Assembly: GCA_012295275.1 (NCBI GenBank)
Contig: CM022669.1
Coordinates: 1,860,001-1,924,000 of the forward strand
Source of the DNA: Chrysomallon squamiferum
Lineage: Eukaryota; Animalia; Mollusca
Direction: 5' to 3'
DNA length: 64,000 nucleotides
Below, in pieces: positions 24,324 to 38,100 of this stretch. The notes beneath the pieces were generated by a model. The model worked only from the letters and a program-made list of their open reading frames with translations. It had not been told where the DNA came from and did not search any database. The position numbers and the translations under genes were made by a program. Numbering within the stretch: position 1 is the stretch's first letter; every line of letters begins with the position of its first letter.

Positions 24324-27300
24324 TTCTTAAGATGTTTCAGAACATTATACAATAATAACAAATTTTAATTAAAACAATATGCAATGCATATGATGATTTC
24401 TGCAGTTAACAAAAATTATTACTTACAACTTTTTACTAATCAGAAACTTGTACTATTTTGGTGGAAGTAGCTTAGTTTTACATAATCTGTTAATGCTGTT
24501 TTTGCCAGTATGAATCTTGTTTGGTTCAGCTGAGTGGGGTTTTTTTAAAAATAATTATTTGATCTTACTGTTTGGAAAGTTGTATTTAAATGTGACTAGA
24601 ACACAAATTTAAGTTTTCTGGAGTCAACTATTAAGTGAGAAATGTAAATTGACCAAAACTTAACTTAACACTGGACAGCTGAATATGGTAGTTTTCAAAT
24701 TATGACTTCCCTCTGTAACATGCAGTGATAAGAGCTCATCTAAGGCAGGTACTGAACTGAAATACTAAATCATAATGACACTGGGAGATATGTGGCAGAT
24801 CAAGTATTAATTAGTTGGCTCAAGTCATTTAGAAAAGAGTAAACCAACTGAAAATAGAAACAGATTTTTGTTTATATTTATTAACATAAATATTCTTGTT
24901 TGTTTCAGATTAAAGATTAATATAATTTACAAAAACCCTTGATTTAACAGACTTTGTATCTAGTGCAGTAATTCCTTTAGGTCTAAAGTAAGTGTTTTGA
25001 CTGCCCATAGTTCACTAGATGTTACCCACACTTCATGCTGTGTTCAAAAGTTTGGACTGATAATACAGTATGTTAGAATACATCTAATGTATATTTAGTT
25101 TCAATATAATGGCTGACTTTTTAAATTAAATATATCATGTTAAAATGTTTGCAGTCTAAAAGACTATTGACATCATCAGACACAAGTTTGCCCTGGTTTG
25201 TCATTTAAGTTTAGGGTTTACTGTGTAACATTTTAGATTCCAGTGATCTGGGTTCAATCTTTAGAAAAAATATTCTTTTTGAATTAGAAATTAACAAAGA
25301 ATAAACAGTCAAGTAAATGGAATTTAATATTTCAGTTATACAAACAAAGCCCACTTCTGTTTTCCTGTAACTTTTTTCTTTCAAACCTTAGTTTTCCCTC
25401 CAGAGCCATTTTACTAACGTTATTCTAGTTTTCATGAATTAGCATACAAGTCTGGATATTGTATTAGGAACATTGGTTGTTTTATGTGTGTGCACGTGTT
25501 ACCGGTGAGTCAGCTATGACTGACATAGTGAGACAAGTGTTACAGCTAGTCAGTAAGCAGATCTCATCACTAAAACTTATTTTTAATTAATTATTAATGA
25601 ATTAAATTATACTGCAGATAAGTTATTAAATGTAACAGATGGTCAGTATTCTAAATCCTAAGCTAATCTTTGTTACATTTGAAAAATTACTTTTGATATT
25701 TTTATCTTGTATGTAAATATTATTTATAAATCCCACCTAAATGATGAGGATTCATATTTCCCTGAAGAGAAAGTAAAAAGTCAGTCAGATACAGCATTTC
25801 TTAAATGAGATAAAAATATTGAAGTTAACTGTTAATGGGCCAATCCAGAAAGAACATCATGAAACATTTTGTTGCAAATAAAAATTTTTAATGAGACATG
25901 TATTAAATAGTATGTTGACACATAATTAGTCACATGCACATTATATATTCAATTATCATTTTCTTGAAGATTATCTCTTACTTGTACATTTAGGATACAA
26001 ACAAATGGCTGATATGCTAGTGTAAAGTTACTCCAGTCTTGAATGGAGTACTTCTGATAATAGATATGCATAGTGCTGTTAAAAATAATGACTTTTTACT
26101 TCACATTATATTTTAAAATAGATTTTTGAATAGTGTTACCAATTGCTGACATACAAAATGATTAAGAACTGATGTATTTTGGTTTGGGTTTGTTTTTTTT
26201 CACTCTGATTTACATTTTTCTTTTCCACTGAGATGCTTCCAGTTTATGAAACAACCTTTGTTACAGAGACTCACCAATTATTGTTACGTATGTTATCTTT
26301 TTGCCATAAATTATATAAATTTTTAACATTTTATTTAAGATTTTTATACATGTATCTGTTACCATTCATTGTTAGAAGTTTTATAGTAAGACTGTTGATA
26401 AAATTATTATATATTTATTTATTTAATAAAAGAAGATTTAAGGACAGAATAAGAGTTTTATTTTTAAAATAGTTGCCAAAACAATGTTTCTTGCTTCAGT
26501 GTATAGAAGAAAATTTTAACAAGAAATTGTTTTTATTATTGTAATTATTGTTTAAAAAAAGTGTTATTTAAAACTGTTGTTTGTTGCATGATTATACATT
26601 TTTCTTAATGATCAACATGTAAATCAGCTTAATAATTTAATTTTTATCAACGTTATTGTGCATACTTTTATCTTTAACTTCAGCAGTTTAGATTTAATTT
26701 CTTTAACAAAGTTGTTCTTAAAAATTTTAAACATATATGGAACTTAATATAGGTTTGTTTTATATTCCAAAATAAATTATGAAAAGTTTAAAAAAGATCT
26801 ATTATTTTAAACATTTTTGCTTTTTGAACATAATTCATAAACATTTTGTAAATTCTGCATAAATGTGACAGCCATTAAGTGGAATATTGCAAACAGCAAT
26901 TTACACATTAATATTTATATATATATTCTAATAGCTATCTCAAAGTACTTTTTATTAGTTTTGATTATATGAAAAGAATTTTTTACATTTTATTTATACT
27001 TAAAAGCACTTTTAAAATAAATTTAAAATGAAAAATCAATTAGCATTGTACAATTTTTGTTATTATTTCATTTTTTTTAATGCAACTAAGTCTTTAAGAA
27101 AATATTTTTTGTCATAGCTTAAAACTTTCAATGCATTTAAGAAAGTCAGTTTTCTACATTGTCATGTAACATATTGTTCATTTATATTATTCCTCAATTC
27201 ATATTTTTCATCATTTGTCAGGAAGCCACATTATCAACATGTTACCTTGGTGATAAATTAGCAAAATCATATGCAGAGCTTCAGAATGTGAATTTTGCTA

Positions 27301-28186
27301 ATAAACGTTTGAAAAACAGCTTCCATGGCAACGAGCTGGCCATTGACATTATTGTTTTCATCTGTCTTGTTATGTATTTATACCCTTTGCCATACAGAAG
27401 TAAAAGATGTAATATATAAATGTTTGAGGTTTGTTTTGTTTTAGCATTTGTACAAGATCATCCAGTTATTCCAAAAAACTAAAATTTTGCTTATTATTTT
27501 TAATATATATATATATATATATTTTTTTTTTTCTTCTGAAGCTTTATGTAATTAACTGAATATATAATTTTTTTTATTATAATGAATCATTGTTAGATGC
27601 TAAAGTGGAAGTGTGTTGTCATCATTCAGCAGGATATTTATTCATTAGAAGCAAATAATTTATTTACAATTACCGAAGCAACATTAGACCCCAGCATTAC
27701 TGTTAATGTATTTTGTTTCTTGTGTTTATACAAAACAATTTTTTTTTTATTTATAAATATTTAGGACTATTTAATGCTTGATGCTACTGGAATACAAGTA
27801 AAAAAAATAATTTCAGAATGGTACATTATTAAAAAAAGAAGAGACCTGATACAGAATAAAGCATGTGAATATTCACTATTGGCATACTGTTAATTATTTA
27901 CTGTTTTTTATTTTATTGTTACTGAAATATTTTCTTTAACAATATTCAGGACTCACGGAGAAAAAAACTGCAAAATACATCAATTCCTTGTTACATCTGC
28001 TATGTTGGTTCCACACCTGCTTTGATATATTCCTCTGTAATTATACCAGTGATAGACTTTGATGAAAAAAAACAATTACAGTAAAAATGTTACTCAAATG
28101 AACTAGTTTACAGTTTTATATAAAATAGTTCCACTTATTTGCATTTACACCTATATCACCAAGATTATAAAAAAGAAATTTATTAG

Positions 28187-28216
28187 ATTTTGATGTCATG
28201 TACATGACATCAAAAT
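28187..28216. repeat. Perfect 30-bp palindrome
   Basis: ATTTTGATGTCATGTACATGACATCAAAAT equals its own reverse complement. Confidence 0.95.
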
Positions 28217-29475
28217 GTAACAAATTCAGTTATTTTCAAGATGTTTTTAGAAAATATGGATATATTTCGACCTGTATATTGACAAATATATTAAAAAAAA
28301 AGAAGTAAAAATTAAAAAAAAACAAAAACAACCCATTAAGACTTTATGTGGTGTAGTTCTGATTGTGACATTAACAGTTACTAATATGTTAATCCATGAC
28401 AAACAATGAACATTAGTGTTTCCACTATTAGCATACTGACTATCTAATTCTCAAGATTGTCTCCATAAAATTATAGCATCTGCAACCAAGTTTTGATATG
28501 ATTTATAAAGCAGATGGAATGCTTTGAAAAGTAAAACATTGCAGAAAACAAAAAGGAGAAATAATAAATAATAAAGGACAGTCACTTGAACAAACAGAAC
28601 CACACATATTTGTTTTTCTAGACATTTCATGTCATGTTCAACTTTAAATAATACATCTTAAACCTATTTTTAAGATTTAATTTTCTATTTAAATAAACTT
28701 GGAGTGTTATTATTCACATTCAGTTCTTGCCAATATATCCAATAAACATTCAAGGCAAAAAAAGTAAATACATAAATGGTTTTTAATGTTGTGTAAAAGA
28801 ATTTTAATTTTTTAAACTTTATTTTGATTATTATATTTTATTTGGTTATATATCTTTTTGAAACATTACACTGTTTAAATTATAATTATTTTTTTTAAAT
28901 CTAACCAAGCGAATAATTTCACAGTAAGAGTATTTTTGTTTGAAGAAAAAACACAAAATATATTTGTTTTCACGTCTTACTCAACCATTTTTTCAACATA
29001 CATGTATTATCCATAATTAATAAATACTTTTAACAACACTGGACAATCAATAAGACCCACATATGTTTAAAATACAGTAAACGTAACAAAAAGGAAATAA
29101 AAAGATAATTAAATAGGTTTGTCATTAAATGAATGTTGATGAATATTCTTAAAATAAGAGAATTTTTTGCAAGTTCTTTGAAAGTAACCTTTACAATGTA
29201 TCTTAAATACCTCAAATATTAATGAACATAAACTAAATTTTTATAAGATTTCTTTTAGTCACCTATTATTTAAACATGTTAGATATTGCATAGCCTAAAT
29301 GACAGAACAAAAGTCTTTGTTATCTTGTTAGCATATGCACCAAGTGATTGAAAGCAGGTTTTGAACATGGAAAGTATGCACTACACACTGTATGGTCATA
29401 CATAATCCAAATGTGAAAACAACTGTCTATTAAAAAGGCCACTTGCAAGTCAGATATTTTCAGAGCAACTGCAAT

Positions 29476-32400
29476 TTATATTAAATCATTGTCATCATCA
29501 AATGTGTCATAATCTTCACCCAGTCCAAAATCAAAGTCATCATTTCTTTCAACATTAACAGTTATTTTGTTTTTCTTCTTCTTCTTTCTCTCTAATTCCT
29601 ATAGAAAAAAAATGTAAATAAAATAACAAAATAAAAACTGCTATTATGACAGAAAAACTAATTATAAATAATAAAGCATTAACAGTAACAAAAATAATAT
29701 TTAATCTGAAAATATTAAATTATTTCAAATCTCTTTTAATTATATTTCATATATGAATCAATTTATATGATCTTGTATGAATGATTAACTGACACTACTT
29801 ACCTTCTTTTGTTTTTCTTTTTCATGGTATATACTGTTTATTGCAGCACCTATTTTTTTACAGTCTTCAGCTTGCACTGAAATAAGAATGATTATACACA
29901 AAATATACCAATAACTTATACTTTCACAGCTTTTTTAACCTATAAATTCTTACTTTTTAATTTTTAGTTTTCTATTTCATTATTGTTGCTTTTTAAAAAT
30001 CTGTGACATGAATTTAATGTAATCTATAATCTCAATATTACAACAAAAACATGCTAATTAATGAAACTAAATATTTATATGACGGCCAATTAATTAAAAC
30101 TGAATTAACCTAAAAAATAATAAAAATGTTTTTTATAAAATTACTCAATACTTACATCCTAATGTCAAATCTGTAAACAACTTTTCTAAGAATGTTGCAT
30201 AAAATTTATTATTCTGAAATAGAATAATACACGTCTGTGATCTATTATTTTACTTAAAACAAAATACTAAATCTTATTTAATAATACAATTTAAGAAATG
30301 GCATAACCATGGGAAACAAAAATGTATTTCTAATGTACCGATACAAAAAACAAATGGCATAAATATAAATTAACTAGTGGTTATCATTACTTATAAAATA
30401 TGAGAATAAATAATAAAGCTTAGCAGCAAAATAACGTTTTTTCCATAAATTGTATAATTCTCAGTAGTATACAAGTAGGGAGTTCATACAGTCACAGAAT
30501 AAGAACCATCTGGCTCATCTGAGTTCTACATTGCATCCATTCCACAGTTCCTATTACTTACTAAAATGTTACACCATCAATAAACAGTGTTATTATGTTA
30601 TGCTTTTTTTCAAAGTTAAAATACCACCCTTTTCTATTATAAAATATATGGAGCTTTAAAACTTGAAATCCAACCATGAACAATTTTTTGGGGTAGTTTA
30701 GTTTTTGTAGAAAGAGTTTATAACACTGCCTTTTTATGGATTTTTTAGTAGACTAGTAAAATCTGACTTTCCAAGACAGGAAACTTTACTGGGGTTCTTT
30801 TGAGAAGATCAGTGGTTGCTTGAACATGTTTTAAAACAAAAGATTTCTCCAAGCAAGAACATTATTATATGTGTAAATATTCAGCACATATACTAATCTT
30901 CTAACTAAATTGTTTATCAATGTTATTACTTAGGATTGTTGATTAACTCCAAGTCTGCAAATTCAGCATGGGGAAAAATTATTAATTATTAATTTGTAAC
31001 ATTTCATTCATACTAGAACACTTAATTGTAATAAATGTACAGAAATAAATGAAAAAAATCACACAAAGATATCTCAAATATATTTAGGCTCTTGGTACTG
31101 AAGATGAAATTAAAAATAAAGCAAACATATTTATATAATCCAATTTTTTTTAGATTTTATGAACAAATAAAAAAGAAAAAAAGGCAGAAATACAATTGCT
31201 AAATGTTTTAACCTACTGAGAAAAGCAATATCTGAAAATGTTCTCATTTATATGTAAATAAAATAACATACTTCAAATTCAGTTATTTTCGTCTTGAGTG
31301 CATTTTCAAATGTTACAAAATCTTCTTCTGTACTTGGGAACATTTCATCAATACTAGTCCCTGGATCCTTTTTATCTGTGATACCTGTTCAAAAACAACA
31401 CTTCAGCTATAATATTAACTGAATTGGTTTTATCTGTAATGTGTGTAACTTGTTATCTGTAAGAACAGCAATATTTCATCAGTACTAGACTCTGAATTCT
31501 TTATTTGTAGTAACAATAATATACTCAAGTAAATTACTGGGTTCTAAATTACTAGTGAAAATGCTAATAAAACCACACATATCCTTCTGAAATGCAACAG
31601 AAAAACAAATATATTTCATAGATAACATGAAAATAATTTCATCTAAGATCAATTTACTTGTTACAATTTGTTTAAATTTGTAATTTAAATATACATTCAG
31701 ACTTGTTTAGTCCTGGTTCAAGTTCTGATAATAAATTATTTTAATTTAACCAACCAAAAGCTTCTCTTGCAAGCCTCAAATCTGCTTCTTCTTGAATTTT
31801 CCTCAATCTTATTTTCTCTGCATGCTTCTCTGCTGCTGACAATTCTTTTTTAATAGCTTCCTAAAATCCAACAATAATTTGTCTAAAATAATTCATAAGT
31901 ATGACTTCTATTTATTTTGTGGAAGTAATTAATAAGTAAACGTTTAATGACTATTGTGCAATAAACATTTGGTGTCAGGTGTCATACTGATGATATTTAT
32001 AAGAAAGTTGCATAGACAGACCACTGATGAGGTACTGACTGAAAAATATTACTCATCTGGTAGTAACTGATTTTATTCAGTATGGTATTATATATCATGC
32101 ACTGCTCTCTTATAAACTAAAATTACTTCTTCCTTTGGTTGTTTTTTTTTTGCCTCTTTTTCTGCAAGTCTTTCTGCTAATGGTTTTTTCTTTGGTCGCT
32201 GGTAAGCACCACCTGTAAAAATCATCAAATGAAAACTATAAACACTATTAGTATTACTGTTAATAATACCTACATCCATTAAGCAATATATCCACACTTA
32301 TAAATTTGAGGGACAGTCTTTTATTAAATCCTCTAAATATTTTCAAGGAACTTTTTATTATAATATCTGTGTCCAAATTAAATATAATTATAAATCTACA

Positions 32401-33870
32401 CCAATATCAATTGTTTTCTTCTTCTGATCTATCTAACTGCACTACTTTTATATATATAGTTATTTTTGTGCTTTTATAATGTAAATATCAAAAAGAAATG
32501 TATTCAGTATTTTTAAATGTCAGTCAATAAAAATGTTTTGTTCTATTAAGCTATGATAAATTTCTACAAATATAACAAAATATTTAAGAATCATAATTAT
32601 TATTTGTTATCAGCTTAAGATTATTCTGTTGCTTGTTTAATATAAGTAAGTTTTATTCTCAAAAAAGACATGATAATATATCCACAACTATTACCAGTCT
32701 TTTCCTTTTCTTTCACTTTCTCTTTTTCTTCTGCTTTTTCTGCTTCTTCTATCTGTTCCCAGTCATCCTGCAGTTTTAATTAAATTATTAGTTTGCTTTG
32801 TTCATGTGTAACATACAAATATGTCTGTTTATCTATTTAAATTATATTCCCCAGAACCTTAATATTAGTTTTACTGTTTTATCATTAAATTTCTATCATG
32901 AGAATAAGCAACTTAATTATATCATATTCATGTACAATAATAAGGTTTCCTTGGACTGTATTTATTTGAAGTTAAAAAACCAAAGTATCCACATAATTCG
33001 TATCTAATGTATAATTGAAATGTTAATTGACTATTACCACTATGGTTATTTATTGTCGTATTTAGCAAGTTAGCCAAAATAGTTGCTGCTGAACATTCTG
33101 ATTACTTCATGAACCTTAACCTGTGGAAATGACTTTTACAACCATTGCTCACTTTATTCCAGTTTACTATTGGTTTGTTTTGCCATTAGTGATTTTTGAT
33201 TTTTTTTTTTTTTTTTTTAATATATATACATACATTTTAATAATTTATTACAAAAACAAAAACAAAAGAAGAAGTCATTCTAACTTACAAAACATTTTTA
33301 AAACGTTGAGTAATTTCACAAAGAAAACTATCAATTTAAGCACAATGTCGGTGTTATACCAGTTTATATATATAAAAAAAACACCCATCCATATGGATGT
33401 ATAATTGTCAATTTATGGAAAGATCGAAATCATATATATATATATATACTAAATTATTATTATTAATTGGATTAAATAATAAAATATGATTACATTTAAA
33501 TTATGTCCATATCATATGTCTTAATTTTATAATTTTAATATTATGTACGGTGTACCACTAATCGAGCTAATTTATCACAACGGACCATAATATCCGTATG
33601 AATTGTGTAATCATTCTAGTCTTAGTCATAGTATAAGTATATCATTATGATTATATGAGAATCTTATCAAACGAAGTAAAACAATACTTTGACATTATCG
33701 TCTGCATCTTCACCAGCCCATTTATCCGAAACAGCCCCTACAACTTTAACAGGCACAAAATCTTCTGAATCTGTAAAGAAATTAAAAATAACCATCTAGT
33801 ATCTGGTTTCAGAAGAATCACAAAACAAGTATGCTTAAAAACCACATGGCTCACCCCAACTGTCAGACAT
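29476..33870 (-). CDS. EIF3J: Eukaryotic translation initiation factor 3 subunit J
   Basis: Nine exons: 33870-33855 (MSDSW), 33770-33688 (DKWAGEDADDNVK), 32767-32695 (DDWE), 32212-32127 (KKKPLAERLAEKE), 31860-31755 (EKIRLRKIQEEADLRLAREAFG), 31384-31272 (PSTEEDF), 30213-30156 (FYATFLEKLF), 29876-29803, 29598-29476 (acidic tail EDYDTFDDDNDLI*). All GT-AG with continuous frame. Confidence 0.95.
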
Positions 33871-34102
33871 CTTGGCAGTCGGAAACCTCGCTTTTTCTCG
33901 TTTTATTAACGTAATTACTATTTCGTTCTTATCGCAAAATAATTCATGTCGTATAGATTTTATTTTTTAAGTGACAAAGTTATATGCGAAATATCATAAT
34001 TTTCATATTATTATTTATATTTATATTTTTTGCTATTTTACTTGACAACACGCATTCCTGTGTTTATAAATGGCAGCCTTTGTCATAAAATCATTGTGAA
34101 CG
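33871..34102. promoter_or_regulatory. Probable bidirectional promoter shared by eIF3j (-) and FAM221B (+)
   Basis: Divergent genes with local CpG enrichment. A + strand donor-like ACG|GTTAGT at 34102 could end a non-coding FAM221B first exon, since the ATG exon has an acceptor at 35138. Confidence 0.5.
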
Positions 34103-34864
34103 GTTAGTGAATTTATTAATCCAGTTTCAGACTACAGCCTTAAATTCTGCCATGGTTTCTCACGGATATTTGCTTCTCACGAATGCTTTATGTCTGCCAT
34201 TTGTTTCACAAATGAGTTCCAGGTTTTTTATAACAATAACAAATAATCGAACTATTAAAATTATGCGATATTAATATATAATCGGTGTTTCATCAGTTCT
34301 TGTGATCGCCAATTAATTCATCTCTAGAAGTTAATTATTAAGTGAAATAAACTTAATGCTTAGATGTGACATATTGATATAAATAACTTTTTAACATTGA
34401 TTTAATTAATATATAATATAACATTTATAATTAATTATACATAATAATACAGACATGAATTCCATGACATGGTTATTTGGTTTATAGTTTATGTAATTCT
34501 CTAAGACTAATATCGGTGTATTTTTTTAACATAGCCATGACTGTTACCTAAAATAAAACTAGTCAAATGAAGAAATATTTCAGAAGTCCACTCAAAACAC
34601 ATACTGTTAAGGTTTTGTGATTATATATTGTTAAATATCAGATATGTAATGAGAACAAAATACACTGCCATGATCTAATTGCCAACACTTTTATGTAAGG
34701 AATCTTTGATACTAATTTTGTAATAAGAAAGTCATGGTGTACTGATAGGAATGGGAAATAACCCAATGGGTGAAAACAATCAGTTTTGTGAGCTACTATG
34801 TCTCAGAGTTGAAGTGAAACATGTTACAACAATAGTAATCAGAATTTTTATTTTATTTTATTTG

Positions 34865-34867
<3 letters not shown>

Positions 34868-34926
<59 letters not shown>
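34868..34926. repeat. (TAT)n microsatellite
   Basis: Direct reading; source of the poly-Tyr ORF. Confidence 0.95.
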
Positions 34927-34927
<1 letters not shown>

Positions 34928-35154
34928 TTTTCTTTTCTCTGTCCTTTTCAAAATCACCAAATATTTTATTTCTGTTTAAGTAAGAGGCATAAGGTTGTTA
35001 TAATTATAGATCACTTAAAAAACCCAACAACAAACAAACAAAAAAACCCTGATTAAATAAATAAAACAAAAATAAATCATAGTGAACAGATGAACATTTT
35101 AATCCCCCAAAAAGAATAAGATATATTTTTAATTCCAGTTCATGAAATACAAAT

Positions 35155-38100
35155 ATGAAGAAAAATAAACCAACAACATCACAAGAGCCTAAGCCAAAGG
35201 TAAAAACAATAAATAATAATAATAAAAAATATTTTTTCCATGTTTTTTCATATTTTAAAGATTTTATTTCTTTTTATGGGAAAAATTTGAAATGGCAATG
35301 TAATTTTATCATTAATTTATAAAGAAAAGAATGAAATAGTAAATTATGAATTTTGGTTGTTATATCTAGTAAGTTCAGAAAACAAAACACTATTTGATTA
35401 TACTGTAACCAGAAAAAAACATTAAAGGCTAAACGTTTGCATAAAAGTACATAAAAACTTTTTAAAAATAAATTATATAACCTTATTTATAATCATTAAA
35501 AATAGTTTTCTTCCACTGATTCTGCTGGAAATGTAAAAGGTAAATCATTTACCTCCTCCAACAAAGCTGGGTTAAGCAAAGCTATTGTTCCTAGACTTCC
35601 ACGAGACATGGCCCCAGTCAAAATGACCACTACAAAGGATGGTCTGATTGCTCCAGAAGGTAATTTAATCAAAGCACTTAAAACTTTCTCAGTGTACTGC
35701 TACTATTGTTACTACTTTTACCATCGTTTCTGGTACCTACTGTTATAAGTACTGCTAATACTATAATTACTACTTTACTAGTAACAGCTGATCTAATAAT
35801 TCTACTGCTGCTGCCATCACCATTACTACAGCTGCTCCTACTATTTCTACTACTACAGCTCCTGCTATTACTACTCTTACCACCATCACCACCATTGTTG
35901 TTATTTATAAATTATTGTGGAAATATGTCATAAAATATGAATTTTAATAAATGTTACAATAAAAAATATAATTGTATTATTAATTTTAGTAGAATAAATT
36001 TGAAAAAATATGTTATATAGTACTTAATCTGCTAATATTTTCTTATGAATAGATTAATGTTCATCTGTTTAAATTGATAAACATCTTGATATAATTATTT
36101 ATTATTTTTTATTTATTTTATTATTTTTTTAAATATTATTTTATAAGCTTTTTAATCATAAAAAAAATAAAAAATAAAAATAAAAAAGCTAAAAAATAAA
36201 TATATAAAGCTATAAAAAGAAATGGAGAAGATGATATTATAGTTAACTTCTTTTTCTCTTTAAAGGCTACACAATGAGGAAAATTGAACCAGCAAAGAAT
36301 TATGATGTGGTGTCATTTGCTAGAGCAATGAATCCTGATTTTGCCCCAAGACTGAAAAAACTCTTTGACCCAGAAACTGAAGCTGCAGTGGAAGCTCAAA
36401 AAACTGGTCATTAAACACTGACATATCATTAGTTTCATAAATGCTTCAATAAATAATTTTTGTAGTTTATTCCCCAAAATAGATTCTCTAAGTGGTTCTA
36501 TAAATAATTTCTGTTAACGGTTCTGTTCTTATTGCAGTTTTATTCATGTAATCTTTAACATCAAATTCATCTCAATGTTATTATGTTATTATTAGGTATA
36601 TATATTGGCTGTGTCCAGAATTCAAGCATGATTGCCAGAGAATTAACAAAAACTCAAAATGCTTCTGTGGACATCTGCTCGGGGAACATGATAAATATAC
36701 AGGTATAATTATTTTAAAATAACATAAAGCTGAAAAAATAGTTATTTTTCATTAGTATTTTTATTTTTGATACCTTTACAAAAAGATTTTTCTTTGTTAA
36801 CAAGGCAGTTTTTTAAAACTTATCTAGGTTTTTTTATTTTAAATTTGGATTACTACAATTTAAAATTTTGTGTAAGTGAAACTGTAATTTATGAAGAAGA
36901 GGTACAACTATGGAATGCAAATTAAGAAGAATGTCTAGTTGACCAGTTTTATAATATTCATGCTTTCAGATTTTATTTTTTTAGGTCACAGTGTTCGTGT
37001 TCCATGCAAACAGTGTCCTTGTAAAGCATATGCCTGGGTGCCATCCAGACCAGAAGATATTGGTGAATTTTGGTTCCAGAGGAGAAGGGGTTTTGATGTT
37101 TCCACCTGGCGATGTAAATGTAAATGCAAACATACACATGAGGAACATGACCCAAATGGATCTCACAGATGTAAGATAACAGGTAAGAAATAAAGTCAAA
37201 TACACTATAATTTTATAATAGTTATTTAAAGTGAACATTTGATGTAATTAACAAATTCTTTATATAATTAAGCTTACTTATAAATGATTGTTATCTTTTT
37301 ACTAGTGTTTTGCTAATAGTAATGTTTATATAAAAATATATGGATCTTCAGTAACCTTGATGAATTAATGGTATGGAACTAAGTGTTTTTTTATATTGTT
37401 TAGTTTTTCCGGAATTTTAATGTATTAATATACTTTAATATAATTTTACATTTATATTTACATAATAATATATATATATATATATATATTGATTTATTCA
37501 GCCTTTTTTATTATTTTTAAATATCACAACATGAGTAAAATTTCAGACTCGGAGCCTTTTCTTGAAGTTCTTGTTTTTTATGCTTTATTGTTAACAAAAA
37601 CTGGCCATTAGATATAAAGAAAAGAATAACTAGGAAATACGCAAAATATTCTTAGGCTATTTGTTCCATTTGAAAATACATGGTCAGATACAATTCTGCA
37701 AAATAAACCCAATAGCAATCAATACAAAATTAATGTTTCATTTTTAGGTTGCTCTTGTGGGGCCTTTTTCTCTAACTTTCTGTGTGCAGCATGTGACAGA
37801 CACTGGGAAAACCATGAAACATTTTTTGAGACAGAAGCAATGAGAATAGAAAAGGGACTCCCAGTAGGTAAGTTGAGTTAATCATGTGAAAGTTTTACAT
37901 ATCCATTAAAGTGAGTTAAAGTGCAGACATCACTTCCAAAACAAAACAAAATGAAAGTACACTTTTTCTCATATCATTTAAGAATGATGTCAAAAATAAC
38001 ATATCAATTAATAACAATGTGTTTGTTTTTGTTGTGTAAAGATTTAATAATAGTTGGTTGAATAAAAACTCTTAAAACAAAAATATATGATTTATGAATG

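Noticed and set aside
34751-35933. Poly-Tyr and poly-Leu ORFs
   Set aside because: Caused by a (TAT)n tract and degenerate triplet repeats in non-coding FAM221B sequence.
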